From the sequence record NC_073069.1: a stretch of DNA of 44,283 nucleotides; one strand, 5' to 3'. Shown piece after piece: positions 1 to 8,445 of the stretch (the stretch's first letter is position 1; each line of letters opens with the position of its first letter). The notes below the pieces were generated by a model that made no database searches, was not told the origin of the DNA, and saw only the letters and a list, made by a program, of their open reading frames with translations. The stretch is from Escherichia phage B2. A program made the translations under genes and the position numbers.

Positions 1-2292
1 ATGAAAGACTTTGAACGCCTGTTTCTCGATACCGAGACATTTAGCGGGGTGGATCTGAAGAAAGTGGGCGCATACGCCTACGCGGAACACCCAACTACTG
101 AGATTATGATTTGCACATACGCCATCGACGAGGGCCGCGTGCAAACGTGGGATTGCACCGAGTCCCCCACAATGCCGCGTGAACTGCGCAAGGCGCTCCG
201 CCGGGTATCCCGCAAGAAAGCAAAAATCGTGATGGCTAACGGCCTCCTGTTTGACCGCCTGGTTATTCGCGAGAAGTGGGGCATTGACCTGCCAGTGTGC
301 CAGATCGAAGATACCATGATTATGGCCTTTCGCCACGCGCTGCCCGGTAGCCTCGATATGCAATGTCAGGTGCTGGGTGTTGACGCAGAACACGCGAAGG
401 ATAAGGCGGGCAAGGCGCTGATCAAACGATTCTGTAAGCCAACCCCTAAGACCTACAAAATCCGCCGCTACACGCGCGAGACGCACCCCGAGGAGTGGGC
501 TAAATTCCTGCGCTATGCCGCGCTGGATATCATCGCGATGAGGGAAGTCTATTGGCGCATACCGGACTGGGGTAATACGCCGAAGGAAGACGAAATCCTG
601 CTTATTGACCAGTTGATTAACGACCGCGGCTTCTATGTGGACGTTGACCTGGCGCGCGCTGCGATCAAGGCGGTACAGGCGCATAAAGAAGAGTTGAAGG
701 AAGAGGCCTGGGAGCGCTTCGGCGGTAAGCTGACCGGCAATGACTTCCTGCCAGCGCTGCGCGACCTCGCGCCTGCGTTCACAATCCACAACGCGCAGAA
801 ATCCACGCTTAACGACCTGCTGGAAGATCCAGACTTCCCCGACGAGGGCAAAGTGCTTATCGAAATGCGCCTCGGTGCGTCATCAACGGCATCGACTAAG
901 TACAATCCGCTTGTGAATGGCCTATCCGCCGATGGTCGCCGCCGTGGGTGTCTCCAGTATGGTGGCGCAAAGCGCACACTGCGTTGGGCCGGTAAAGGCT
1001 TTCAGCCTCAAAACCTGGCACGCGGCGAGTATAGTGATGACCACGAAGGGAAGATTAAACGCCGTGAAGGCGAGAGCGACGTAGCGTTTTGGGTGCGGTC
1101 GCACATGCTCACCAACGGCATCAACGCCCTGTTACGTGGGACAGCGCACTGGGCGTATGACATATCGAAGCTAACGGCCTCGACTGTTCGCGGGTGCATT
1201 ATTCCGGCGAAGGGTAAGAAGTTTGTCGTCGCGGACTACTCCAACGTGGAAGGGCGCGGCCTCGCCTGGATCGCTGGCGAGAAAACCGCGCTAATGGTAT
1301 TTAGGGCCGGTCGCGATATTTATTGTGAGACTGCCGGTAAAATGTTCGGCCTCGACCCGGAATACATTAAAGCCAACCGCAAAGACTTACGCCAGATCGG
1401 TAAGGCGTGCGAATTGGGCCTGGGCTATGGTGGTGGCGTGGCTGCGTTCTTGCAGTTCGCTAAAAACCTGGGCCTCGACCTTTATGCGATGGCTGACGTG
1501 ATGAAGGGCACATTCCCCGATCACATTTGGGCGGCGGCGAAACGTGGATATGAGTACGCCCGCATTAACGAAGCGAAGCGACCGCCGAAGCCGGGCAAGA
1601 AGGACGAGCGCCCGACTTACATACTGCCGAAAAACGTATGGCTGACGTGTGATGCGATTAAACGCATGTGGCGCGAGGCGCACCCGAAGACGGTAGCCTT
1701 TTGGGCCGAACTGGAAGATGCGGTGTTGTGTGCAATCCGCAATCCGGGCAAAGCGTACTGGGCGGGCGCGAACGTTCGCCCGGATGGAAAGAAAGCGCTC
1801 AAGATAGTCCGCACGAAGGCGAAGCATGACCCAACCTTCGACGAGGAACGCGACGACCCGAACGCCGCGGGGTGGTGGTTGAAAATTGAGTTGCCGTCGG
1901 GGCGTATTATGAGTTATCCGGGCATTGCGCTGTCAGTGACGACCGAGATCGACGAAGATACCGGCAAGAAACGCACCAGCACCCGTATTAAATATCAGGG
2001 TGAGAATCAGACGACGCGCCAGTGGGGATCCCAGTACACCTACGGCGGAAAACTCACGGAAAACATCGTGCAGGCGCTGTGTCGCGATATCCTCGCATGG
2101 TCCATGCCGGGCGTTGAAGCTGCGGGATATGAGATCGTACTGTCCGTACACGATGAACTGATAACCGAAGTGCCGGATACTGACGACTACACAACCGAGG
2201 AGTTGTGCGCGCTGATGTGCGACCTGCCGGTTTGGGCGAAAGGCTTCCCGCTTGCCGCGGAAGGCGACATTATGTACAGGTACAGAAAATAA
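1..2292 (+). CDS. DNA polymerase I (family A) with N-terminal 3'-5' exonuclease domain
   Basis: 763 aa ORF starting at window position 1; exonuclease motif LFLDTETF near N-terminus, motif B-like RQIGKACELGLGYGGG, motif C-like VHDEL. Confidence 0.9.
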   Translation: MKDFERLFLDTETFSGVDLKKVGAYAYAEHPTTEIMICTYAIDEGRVQTWDCTESPTMPRELRKALRRVSRKKAKIVMANGLLFDRLVIREKWGIDLPVCQIEDTMIMAFRHALPGSLDMQCQVLGVDAEHAKDKAGKALIKRFCKPTPKTYKIRRYTRETHPEEWAKFLRYAALDIIAMREVYWRIPDWGNTPKEDEILLIDQLINDRGFYVDVDLARAAIKAVQAHKEELKEEAWERFGGKLTGNDFLPALRDLAPAFTIHNAQKSTLNDLLEDPDFPDEGKVLIEMRLGASSTASTKYNPLVNGLSADGRRRGCLQYGGAKRTLRWAGKGFQPQNLARGEYSDDHEGKIKRREGESDVAFWVRSHMLTNGINALLRGTAHWAYDISKLTASTVRGCIIPAKGKKFVVADYSNVEGRGLAWIAGEKTALMVFRAGRDIYCETAGKMFGLDPEYIKANRKDLRQIGKACELGLGYGGGVAAFLQFAKNLGLDLYAMADVMKGTFPDHIWAAAKRGYEYARINEAKRPPKPGKKDERPTYILPKNVWLTCDAIKRMWREAHPKTVAFWAELEDAVLCAIRNPGKAYWAGANVRPDGKKALKIVRTKAKHDPTFDEERDDPNAAGWWLKIELPSGRIMSYPGIALSVTTEIDEDTGKKRTSTRIKYQGENQTTRQWGSQYTYGGKLTENIVQALCRDILAWSMPGVEAAGYEIVLSVHDELITEVPDTDDYTTEELCALMCDLPVWAKGFPLAAEGDIMYRYRK

Positions 2293-2570
2293 TGACACCA
2301 GAAGGCAAGATTCAAAGTCACCTTATGAAGCTGGTGAAAGCTGTCGGCGGATTCTGCCGTAAAGTGGCATGGGAGGGGCGCGCGGGTGCGCCCGATCTGA
2401 TTATCATCATCAACGGCAGAATAGTTTTCGTCGAAGTGAAGCGCCCCGGTGGTAAACCGAAGCCGCACCAGGTACGAGAACATGAGCGAATGGCCCGCCG
2501 CGGTGCGGACGTTCGCGTCATCGACAACATAGCCGACTGTGATTTATTGGTTGCTGAATTGGTCGCGTAG
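2292..2570 (+). CDS. VRR-NUC domain nuclease
   Basis: Start ATG 2292 overlaps the polymerase stop (TAATG); GAPDLIIIINGRIVFVEVKRPGGKPKPHQ matches the VRR-NUC signature; the track ORF from 2205 is an in-frame upstream extension inside the polymerase gene. Confidence 0.75.
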   Translation: MTPEGKIQSHLMKLVKAVGGFCRKVAWEGRAGAPDLIIIINGRIVFVEVKRPGGKPKPHQVREHERMARRGADVRVIDNIADCDLLVAELVA

Positions 2571-2577
2571 CGGTATA
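2546..2577 (+). promoter_or_regulatory. ATTGGTTGCT motif followed by TATAGT, upstream of the 2611 gene
   Basis: attggttgct at 2546-2555 with tatagt about 17 nt downstream; member of the recurrent TTGGTTGC motif family. Confidence 0.3.
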
Positions 2578-2610
2578 GTGGGCCGGTTAGCACTATCGAG
2601 GATTTTAGAA

Positions 2611-2784
2611 ATGATTGAAGAAAAACGCTGCAGTAATTGCGGCTGCGTTAAACCGATATCCCAGTTCCATAAATACACCGGGAAGACTGCGCGAAGCCCG
2701 GATGGGTATCGGGCAGAGTGCAAATCGTGCCGCAATAAAAAAGAGCGCGAACGGCAGCGCCGCTACCGCGCAGAGCAAAAATAA
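2611..2784 (+). CDS. small zinc-ribbon protein
   Basis: 57 aa from ATG 2611 with SD-like gagga upstream; two CxxC pairs (CSNCGC and CKSC) and a basic C-terminus. Confidence 0.4.
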   Translation: MIEEKRCSNCGCVKPISQFHKYTGKTARSPDGYRAECKSCRNKKERERQRRYRAEQK

Positions 2785-2791
2785 TTAATAC

Positions 2792-2815
2792 GGCGGGCTT
2801 GTCCCGCCATTTTTG
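2792..2815 (+). terminator. intrinsic terminator-like hairpin with T-run
   Basis: ggcggg-cttgt-cccgcc stem-loop followed by atttttgg directly after the stop at 2784. Confidence 0.5.
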
Positions 2816-2827
2816 GGAGACATGACG

Positions 2828-3046
2828 ATGAAAGAACACTACCGACTTACCACACTGGGCGAATGCAAACCAGGCGATCGCGTATGGTTTATCGCCGGTA
2901 TGAATTACCCGCTGCCGTTGACGGTGTGCTGGCAAAAATTTAAGAGCTTCCGGGCGACGGGTGTGCACATCGGTCACCGCACCAACTATGACGCCACAAA
3001 AAGGAACTGGAACAGTGAGACAGAAGTCTGGAAAAAGGCGGAATAA
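2828..3046 (+). CDS. hypothetical protein
   Basis: 72 aa from ATG 2828 with gggaga upstream; the track ORF from 2813 uses a TTG start. Confidence 0.35.
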   Translation: MKEHYRLTTLGECKPGDRVWFIAGMNYPLPLTVCWQKFKSFRATGVHIGHRTNYDATKRNWNSETEVWKKAE

Positions 3047-3050
3047 AGAT

Positions 3051-4475
3051 ATGGCAAGATTCCGACGTCGCGAATATCAGAAGTTGATAACCGCGTTCAT
3101 CCTCAAGCATAAGCGATGCAATATCTGGGCGACAATGGGGTCGGGTAAAACTGGCGCGACCATGTGGGCACTGAATAAAATGTTCCAGACTGGTATCCTG
3201 TCCAACCGGGAGGACCGCGTACTGGTGCTGGCCCCGCTGCGCGTTGCGTCCGGTACATGGCCCCCGGAGCAGGAGAAATGGCGCTTCCCCGCCCTGCTGG
3301 TAGTAGACGGCACAGGGCCAGAGAAGGACCGCATTGCTGCGCTTGAGAGCGACGCTAACGTGGTTTGTGTTAACTATGATGTGGTTGAGTGGCTGGTTGA
3401 CTATTACGGCGCTGCGTGGCCCTTTACGGTCGTTGTTGCCGACGAATCCACTAAGCTGAAAGGCTATAGAAGCAAGCAGGGGAGTAAGCGCGCCCGCGCA
3501 CTGGCGGCGATTGCCCATAAGCACGTCAAGCGCTGGATTAACCTTACCGGCACACCCGCGCCAAACGGACTGAAAGACCTGTGGGGTCAGACGTGGTTTG
3601 TCGATGGTGGCGAACGCCTCGGCAGTAGCTATAAGGCATTTACGGATCGCTGGTTTATTAGCAAGCCTGTTAAGCCTGGCAGCTTCACTATGCAGCACGC
3701 CCCGCTTAAGAACTCCGAGAAAGAAATACAACAACGCCTGTCTGACGTATCGCTCACCGTTGATGCGGCTGAATACTTCGGATGTGACAAGCCAATCTAT
3801 ACGCCGGTTGTTGTGGACCTGCCGAAGAAAGCCCGCAAGATTTATGACCAGTTCGAAGCGGAGCTATTTGCCGAACTGGAAAGCGGAACGGTGGAGGCGG
3901 CGAACGCTGCTTCGAAGACCATTAAGTGCCTTCAGCTTGCTTCCGGGGCCGTGTATAAGGTCGACGAAGACGGCGAACGGACCGACGAATGGGTGAAAAT
4001 TCACGACGCTAAACTGGACGCGCTGGAAAGTATCGTGGAGGAGTTGAACGGCGCACCGTTGCTCGTCGCATACCAGTACAAGCATGACCTGGCGCGTCTC
4101 AGGAAGAAATTCCCGCACGGCGTAGCGATGGGTAAGGGTAAGCAAGGCAATAAGGATATGGAAGCGTGGAACAGGGGCGAGATCCCCATCATGTTTGCGC
4201 ACCCCGCATCGGCGGGTCACGGCCTTAACTTGCAGGATGGCGGACACCACCTTGCTATCTTCTCAGACACCTGGAACTATGAGCACTTTGCGCAGATCGT
4301 GGAGCGTATCGGGCCAGTTCGCCAGATGCAAGCCGGACACCCTCGTCCCGTATTCGTCTACATTATCCAGGCGCGCGGCACACTGGATGAACTGGTCGCA
4401 GAGCGTCGAGACAGTAAGCGAGATATCCAGGACGACCTGATGGAATACATGAAAGCTAAAAAGGCGCGCAAGTGA
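3051..4475 (+). CDS. SNF2/DEAD-like superfamily 2 helicase
   Basis: Walker A GSGKTGATM, motif II VVADESTKLK, C-terminal HPASAGHGLNLQ; start trimmed to the first ATG after the upstream stop. Confidence 0.85.
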   Translation: MARFRRREYQKLITAFILKHKRCNIWATMGSGKTGATMWALNKMFQTGILSNREDRVLVLAPLRVASGTWPPEQEKWRFPALLVVDGTGPEKDRIAALESDANVVCVNYDVVEWLVDYYGAAWPFTVVVADESTKLKGYRSKQGSKRARALAAIAHKHVKRWINLTGTPAPNGLKDLWGQTWFVDGGERLGSSYKAFTDRWFISKPVKPGSFTMQHAPLKNSEKEIQQRLSDVSLTVDAAEYFGCDKPIYTPVVVDLPKKARKIYDQFEAELFAELESGTVEAANAASKTIKCLQLASGAVYKVDEDGERTDEWVKIHDAKLDALESIVEELNGAPLLVAYQYKHDLARLRKKFPHGVAMGKGKQGNKDMEAWNRGEIPIMFAHPASAGHGLNLQDGGHHLAIFSDTWNYEHFAQIVERIGPVRQMQAGHPRPVFVYIIQARGTLDELVAERRDSKRDIQDDLMEYMKAKKARK

Positions 4476-5167
4476 TTATATGGTCATTATTTGACGGCAG
4501 CGGCTTGATGATTGAGCGTGCTGCCGAGATGGGGCATAAGTGTTATTGCTTCAACTACTCCGAAGCCGATCACGGGTCTTACCTTGATTACCGGATCTAT
4601 GGGCGCGGTATCCGATATCGTAATGAGTTTATCGATCTGGACTTCGTGGACCGCGCGATGAATGGTGATTTCGGCACGCCGGATATCATTTACGCATTCC
4701 CGCCGTGTACGGATCTGGCGGTTAGCGGTGCGCCAGCTTTCCCGCGCAAACGCGCCCGCGACCCTGCCTTCCAGCTTAAGGCAGTGCGCACCGCGAAGAT
4801 AGCCGCTTACCTGGGTGATTTCTTCGAAGTGCCGTATATGATTGAGAATCCGCGCAGCGTGCTCTCCACTCAATGGCGTAAGCCGGACCACTCGTTTGAC
4901 CCGTGGGAGTATGGCGGCTATTTGCCAGAGGATGACGTACACCCGTTATTCCCTGAATACATCAACGCCCGCGATTCATATCCGAAGCTGACCTGCTTAT
5001 GGACCGGCAACGGCTTCCGTATGCCAGAGAAGAAACCTGTTTTCGTTGAAAAAGGGTACTCGAAACAGTATAGTCGCCTCGGTGGTAAATCCGCTCGTAC
5101 AAAATTAATCCGCTCACTCACCCCGCGCGGCTTCGCGATAGCGGTTAACGAGGAAAATTTAAAATGA
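4472..5167 (+). CDS. DNA (cytosine-5)-methyltransferase-like protein, unusually short
   Basis: GTG start overlapping the helicase stop; motif I-like LFDGSGL, PC motif FPPCTDLAVSG, ENV-like MIENP; only 231 aa so no obvious target recognition domain. Confidence 0.5.
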   Translation: MIIWSLFDGSGLMIERAAEMGHKCYCFNYSEADHGSYLDYRIYGRGIRYRNEFIDLDFVDRAMNGDFGTPDIIYAFPPCTDLAVSGAPAFPRKRARDPAFQLKAVRTAKIAAYLGDFFEVPYMIENPRSVLSTQWRKPDHSFDPWEYGGYLPEDDVHPLFPEYINARDSYPKLTCLWTGNGFRMPEKKPVFVEKGYSKQYSRLGGKSARTKLIRSLTPRGFAIAVNEENLK

Positions 5168-5487
5168 ATACTACATTCGACGCCATCGACTTTTCAGTGG
5201 CAATGACCAATCAGCTTTTTTCCTACGACAGCAAGACCGGCGTCATTCGCCTGAAGTCCACAGGCTGCAAGATTGGCAACCTTAACACTGCCGATGGCGG
5301 AACACGTATCGAATACAACGGTAAGACGCTGTCTGGCGCACGCGTGGCGTGGATTATTGAGACAGGCAATACAATCCCCCCAGGCTTCGCCGTTGTGTGC
5401 CGCCAGCGCACGCCAGGGCACTACGGCAACCGGATCAGCAATCTGTATCTGGTAGACGTAGCGCGCGACCCAAACTTTTATGCGTAA
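5164..5487 (+). CDS. HNH_3-like domain protein with substituted catalytic histidines
   Basis: ATGA start/stop overlap; ARVAWIIETGNTIPPGFAVVCRQRTPGHYGNRISNLYLV follows the HNH_3 pattern but has AR and CR where the conserved His residues are expected. Confidence 0.4.
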   Translation: MNTTFDAIDFSVAMTNQLFSYDSKTGVIRLKSTGCKIGNLNTADGGTRIEYNGKTLSGARVAWIIETGNTIPPGFAVVCRQRTPGHYGNRISNLYLVDVARDPNFYA

Positions 5488-5520
5488 ATTGGTTGCATAA
5501 TCATATTGGTTGCATTATAT
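5488..5520 (+). promoter_or_regulatory. tandem ATTGGTTGCA motifs followed by TATATT
   Basis: attggttgca at 5488-5497 and 5505-5514, upstream of the 5569 gene. Confidence 0.4.
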
Positions 5521-5568
5521 TGAGGGTGTCCGGTTTGGACGCCCTTTTTAATACCTGGAGACAACACG

Positions 5569-6033
5569 ATGAAAATTTTACAAGAAGAGAAAAATTACTG
5601 GGCCGCGCAATGCCTCGAAGCCCGCGAGCAAACGGCCAACGCGAAACAATCGGCCGAAATCTTCCGGTCAGGTTATGAAACGGAAGAAAAGCGTCGCATG
5701 GAGTTAGAGGAGCGCTTCGAACTGCTATTCGAACTGATGGGGATTATGCAGCGCACCGGATACACCACCAGCGTTGCACTAAACCGCATCACTGCCGACG
5801 GGCTGCGTGAGCATTGCAAACGGGCCGAGGAGTACGTGCGTCCGAAGGGCCGCCAGTCTTCGATCGCCCGGAAAGACCTTGTGCTCATGGCGTGGCGCAA
5901 CCCTACAAACGGCAGCATCTACCCAGACGCGCGCCCGCTTAGTGCCGAGGAATCAAAGCGCGTGCAACGCATTCTCAAAACCGGCAATAAAATCGCCCTG
6001 TATGCGATAGACACCGACCATGCAGAAGAGTGA
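5569..6033 (+). CDS. hypothetical protein
   Basis: 154 aa ORF with ggaga SD upstream; no recognised motif. Confidence 0.45.
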   Translation: MKILQEEKNYWAAQCLEAREQTANAKQSAEIFRSGYETEEKRRMELEERFELLFELMGIMQRTGYTTSVALNRITADGLREHCKRAEEYVRPKGRQSSIARKDLVLMAWRNPTNGSIYPDARPLSAEESKRVQRILKTGNKIALYAIDTDHAEE

Positions 6034-6505
6034 GCAAAAAGATAGCTGGCGCACGCCGCCAGCTTTATTTAAACCGCTGCGCCGGAAGTACCGATTCCGT
6101 TATGACATGGCGGCAAGCGACGCCAACCATCTGCTACCGCGTTACTTCACGGCAGAGCACAGCGCGCTTGAGGTGGACTGGTCAGAGTTGAAAGGGTGGA
6201 AGTGGTGCAACCCGCCGTATTCCGATCCGCTGCCGTGGGTTAAGTGCGCAGCGCACGGACGCCGGACCGTCATGCTACTGAATCAGGACACGTCGACAAA
6301 GTGGGCGCGGTTGGCCCGGAAGACTGCAAACCTGATAATTCTTCTGGACTGGCGGATCCGATTTATACATGCCGTCACCGGTGAAGTCGGGCCGAGCAAT
6401 AACAAGTGCCAGCAATTGATAATCTTTGGCGAAGCGCCACCCATCGGCAGCGCACAAATTGAAATAATGAGCGAAGGAGAACTCCTTGAATATCTTAATC
6501 GTTGA
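6020..6505 (+). CDS. phage Dam-type DNA N6-adenine methyltransferase
   Basis: WRTPPALF near N-terminus, DMAASDANH, and catalytic NPPY (WCNPPYSD); characteristic small phage Dam family. Confidence 0.8.
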   Translation: MQKSEQKDSWRTPPALFKPLRRKYRFRYDMAASDANHLLPRYFTAEHSALEVDWSELKGWKWCNPPYSDPLPWVKCAAHGRRTVMLLNQDTSTKWARLARKTANLIILLDWRIRFIHAVTGEVGPSNNKCQQLIIFGEAPPIGSAQIEIMSEGELLEYLNR

Positions 6506-6710
6506 CCGCGACCCCGCGGTCGTAGACCAAATGCAAAGAGACTACTGTATTGATCCGCGACGCAATCGGGTAGTGCGCGCGTCTCGCCCCGAATACATCC
6601 TGGGCCTTGACCTCACCGGTTGGCTTGTCATGACTCAGCGTTGCCATTTCGTGTGCAACTCCTTTACTGCGCGAAGCGCCCGTTACACCCTTATTGAGAG
6701 TTTAAAATGA
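6486..6710 (+). CDS. hypothetical protein
   Basis: 74 aa ORF from a TTG start with strong aaggaga SD 6 nt upstream; overlaps the preceding gene end. Confidence 0.3.
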   Translation: MNILIVDRDPAVVDQMQRDYCIDPRRNRVVRASRPEYILGLDLTGWLVMTQRCHFVCNSFTARSARYTLIESLK

Positions 6711-7177
6711 AATTACTGATTTGCGATTTGGATGGCGTTATTAACGGTTCAAGCGATGCGCGTGCCGACTTGGTGCCTGGCATAAAAACTAAATCCACCT
6801 TTTGGGCGAAGTGGCACAAAGCGCACGTCCGCGAAGACCTGAACATGGATATGCTGCCGCTACTGCGCATGTATAAAGAGCAAGGCTTCGAGATCGCGTA
6901 TCTGACCAACCGGCAGCGAGAATGTTGGGACACCACCGCCGAGCAATTGGAGGTCTTCCCGGTAGGCCGGTTGTTTATGCGCCACATGTTGGACGACACC
7001 CCGCCGCCTGAGTTTAAAGCGTGCGCCGTGTTCAAAATGGTATGTTACGCGGACGTGTCTGAACTGGTCATCATTGAAGATTGCGAGAAGAACATCGCGG
7101 CAATTCGTCGGGCGTGTGGTGATTTGGTCCCGAAAATTTACGCAATAAACGTTGCAAAATTCACTTGCAACCAATAG
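6707..7177 (+). CDS. HAD-superfamily hydrolase-like protein (putative phosphatase/nucleotidase)
   Basis: ATGA overlap start; HAD motif I LLICDLDGVI, YLTNR and a later acidic motif IIEDCEKN. Confidence 0.5.
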   Translation: MKLLICDLDGVINGSSDARADLVPGIKTKSTFWAKWHKAHVREDLNMDMLPLLRMYKEQGFEIAYLTNRQRECWDTTAEQLEVFPVGRLFMRHMLDDTPPPEFKACAVFKMVCYADVSELVIIEDCEKNIAAIRRACGDLVPKIYAINVAKFTCNQ

Positions 7178-7196
7178 GTTGGTTGCACTATAGTAA
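7166..7196 (+). promoter_or_regulatory. perfect inverted repeat TGCAACCAA-tagg-TTGGTTGCA followed by TATAGT
   Basis: 9-bp arms at 7166-7174 and 7179-7187 spanning the stop of the HAD-like gene, upstream of the 7242 gene. Confidence 0.4.
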
Positions 7197-7241
7197 ACGT
7201 GTCGGGGCAATACCGCCCCTCGCTAAAAAAAGGGTAATACT

Positions 7242-7796
7242 GTGAAAGCATACGAATACTGCAAAAACGCCGCCACCACTATGGAACAGCGCGGGAAAGA
7301 AAACGGCTATGACAACGCGAAAGAAGAACGCAGCGCTAAACAAATCGCTGCCGTGTTTAACGCGCTTACCGGGCGCGACCTTACCGAGCAAGAAGCCTGG
7401 ACCTTCCTGATCTGCCTGAAGCTGGTGCGCCAGCACCGTAAGCACCAGGAAGATAACATCGTGGACCTGGTGGCGTATGCCGCCCTGCTGGGCGAGTCTT
7501 ACATGACCGTGCATGACGAGATTCAGATCGATACAACGGCCGCACAATTCGACAGCCTCAAAGGCCTGTCCGTGCGCCTGGACGGCGAGATTAATGCGTA
7601 TAACAGCGCAATTCGCGTTGCAGAGGACACGGTAGCCTCGTTCGGCAAGACGGTTAAGGCCCGCGATTTTGGAGTTGTAGCCCAGGACGTCCAGCCTATG
7701 GTCGTGCTCACCGGCGAAGACGGATCGAAAATCTGCATGACGCAGGAAGACTTCCGTAACATGGAAAAAACACTGGTGACGGGCGCACTTAAATAA
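7242..7796 (+). CDS. conserved phage protein of unknown function
   Basis: 184 aa, GTG start; N-terminal YDN...IAAVFNALTG...LTEQEAWTFLICLKLVRQ block looks like a conserved phage domain but I cannot name it with confidence. Confidence 0.45.
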   Translation: MKAYEYCKNAATTMEQRGKENGYDNAKEERSAKQIAAVFNALTGRDLTEQEAWTFLICLKLVRQHRKHQEDNIVDLVAYAALLGESYMTVHDEIQIDTTAAQFDSLKGLSVRLDGEINAYNSAIRVAEDTVASFGKTVKARDFGVVAQDVQPMVVLTGEDGSKICMTQEDFRNMEKTLVTGALK

Positions 7797-7838
7797 TTCT
7801 AATCGCGGGCTTCGGCCCGCATCAATGAGGGATTCACA

Positions 7839-8414
7839 ATGTACGGCGAATATGAAATAACCGGTAAACAATTCCACCTGGCGGCAATGATTGCAAGCAT
7901 CGAGTTTGAACAGTGGCGATACAAGTCTGACGCGTGCAAGCAAAGCAGACTCGTCGGTGTGCTGGGCGAAATGTTTGCAGGCATGTACCTCGAAGGGCAG
8001 GCGGGCGGGCGTAGCTGTATCCCGCAAGGTTTGCTAATGCGTACCGGCCTGTTTAGCGCTAACACTATCGACCGCGGCGATATTATCATGGTTGGCAAGC
8101 GCAAGGTAAAATCCGGTCCCGACTTCCGCGAACATATGATTGATGCCGTCTGGACCTACGAGGTTAAGGCTACCAGCGGCATCCGTCGTGGGCTGGTTGA
8201 GGCACGTTGCGCTCGCGAGTATCTCACTCGTCGAGTTGCCGGTGTTATTCTGGTGGGGGTGTCGTTCGGGCAGCATAGCGCCAGCGGCGTGATTGAGGAT
8301 ATTGCGGAGCCATACGTGATAGTTAACGATTGGCCCCTGGTGGAAGTGGACGGTAAGGAATATTACGAAAGCCCGCTTGTGCGGCGCAAAATGGACTGGG
8401 AAAACTCAAACTAA
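7839..8414 (+). CDS. hypothetical protein, possible PD-(D/E)xK-like fold
   Basis: 191 aa with gaggga SD; GDIIMVG followed by TYEVK suggests a nuclease-like D...ExK arrangement, weakly supported. Confidence 0.4.
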   Translation: MYGEYEITGKQFHLAAMIASIEFEQWRYKSDACKQSRLVGVLGEMFAGMYLEGQAGGRSCIPQGLLMRTGLFSANTIDRGDIIMVGKRKVKSGPDFREHMIDAVWTYEVKATSGIRRGLVEARCAREYLTRRVAGVILVGVSFGQHSASGVIEDIAEPYVIVNDWPLVEVDGKEYYESPLVRRKMDWENSN

Positions 8415-8445
8415 AAATAGGGGCCATATGGCCCCTTATCCTTAT
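8412..8445. terminator. bidirectional intrinsic terminator between convergent genes
   Basis: aggggcc-atat-ggcccct hairpin flanked by A-run on one side and T-rich run on the other. Confidence 0.6.

Noticed and set aside
2205-2291. Upstream extension of the VRR-NUC ORF overlapping the polymerase gene
   Set aside because: An in-frame ATG at 2292 coincides with the polymerase stop, and the extension is R-rich with no domain content
5488-5514. Reading the TTGGTTGCA motif as a sigma54 -24/-12 promoter
   Set aside because: The GG and GC elements are 3-4 nt apart rather than about 10, so it does not fit sigma54 geometry
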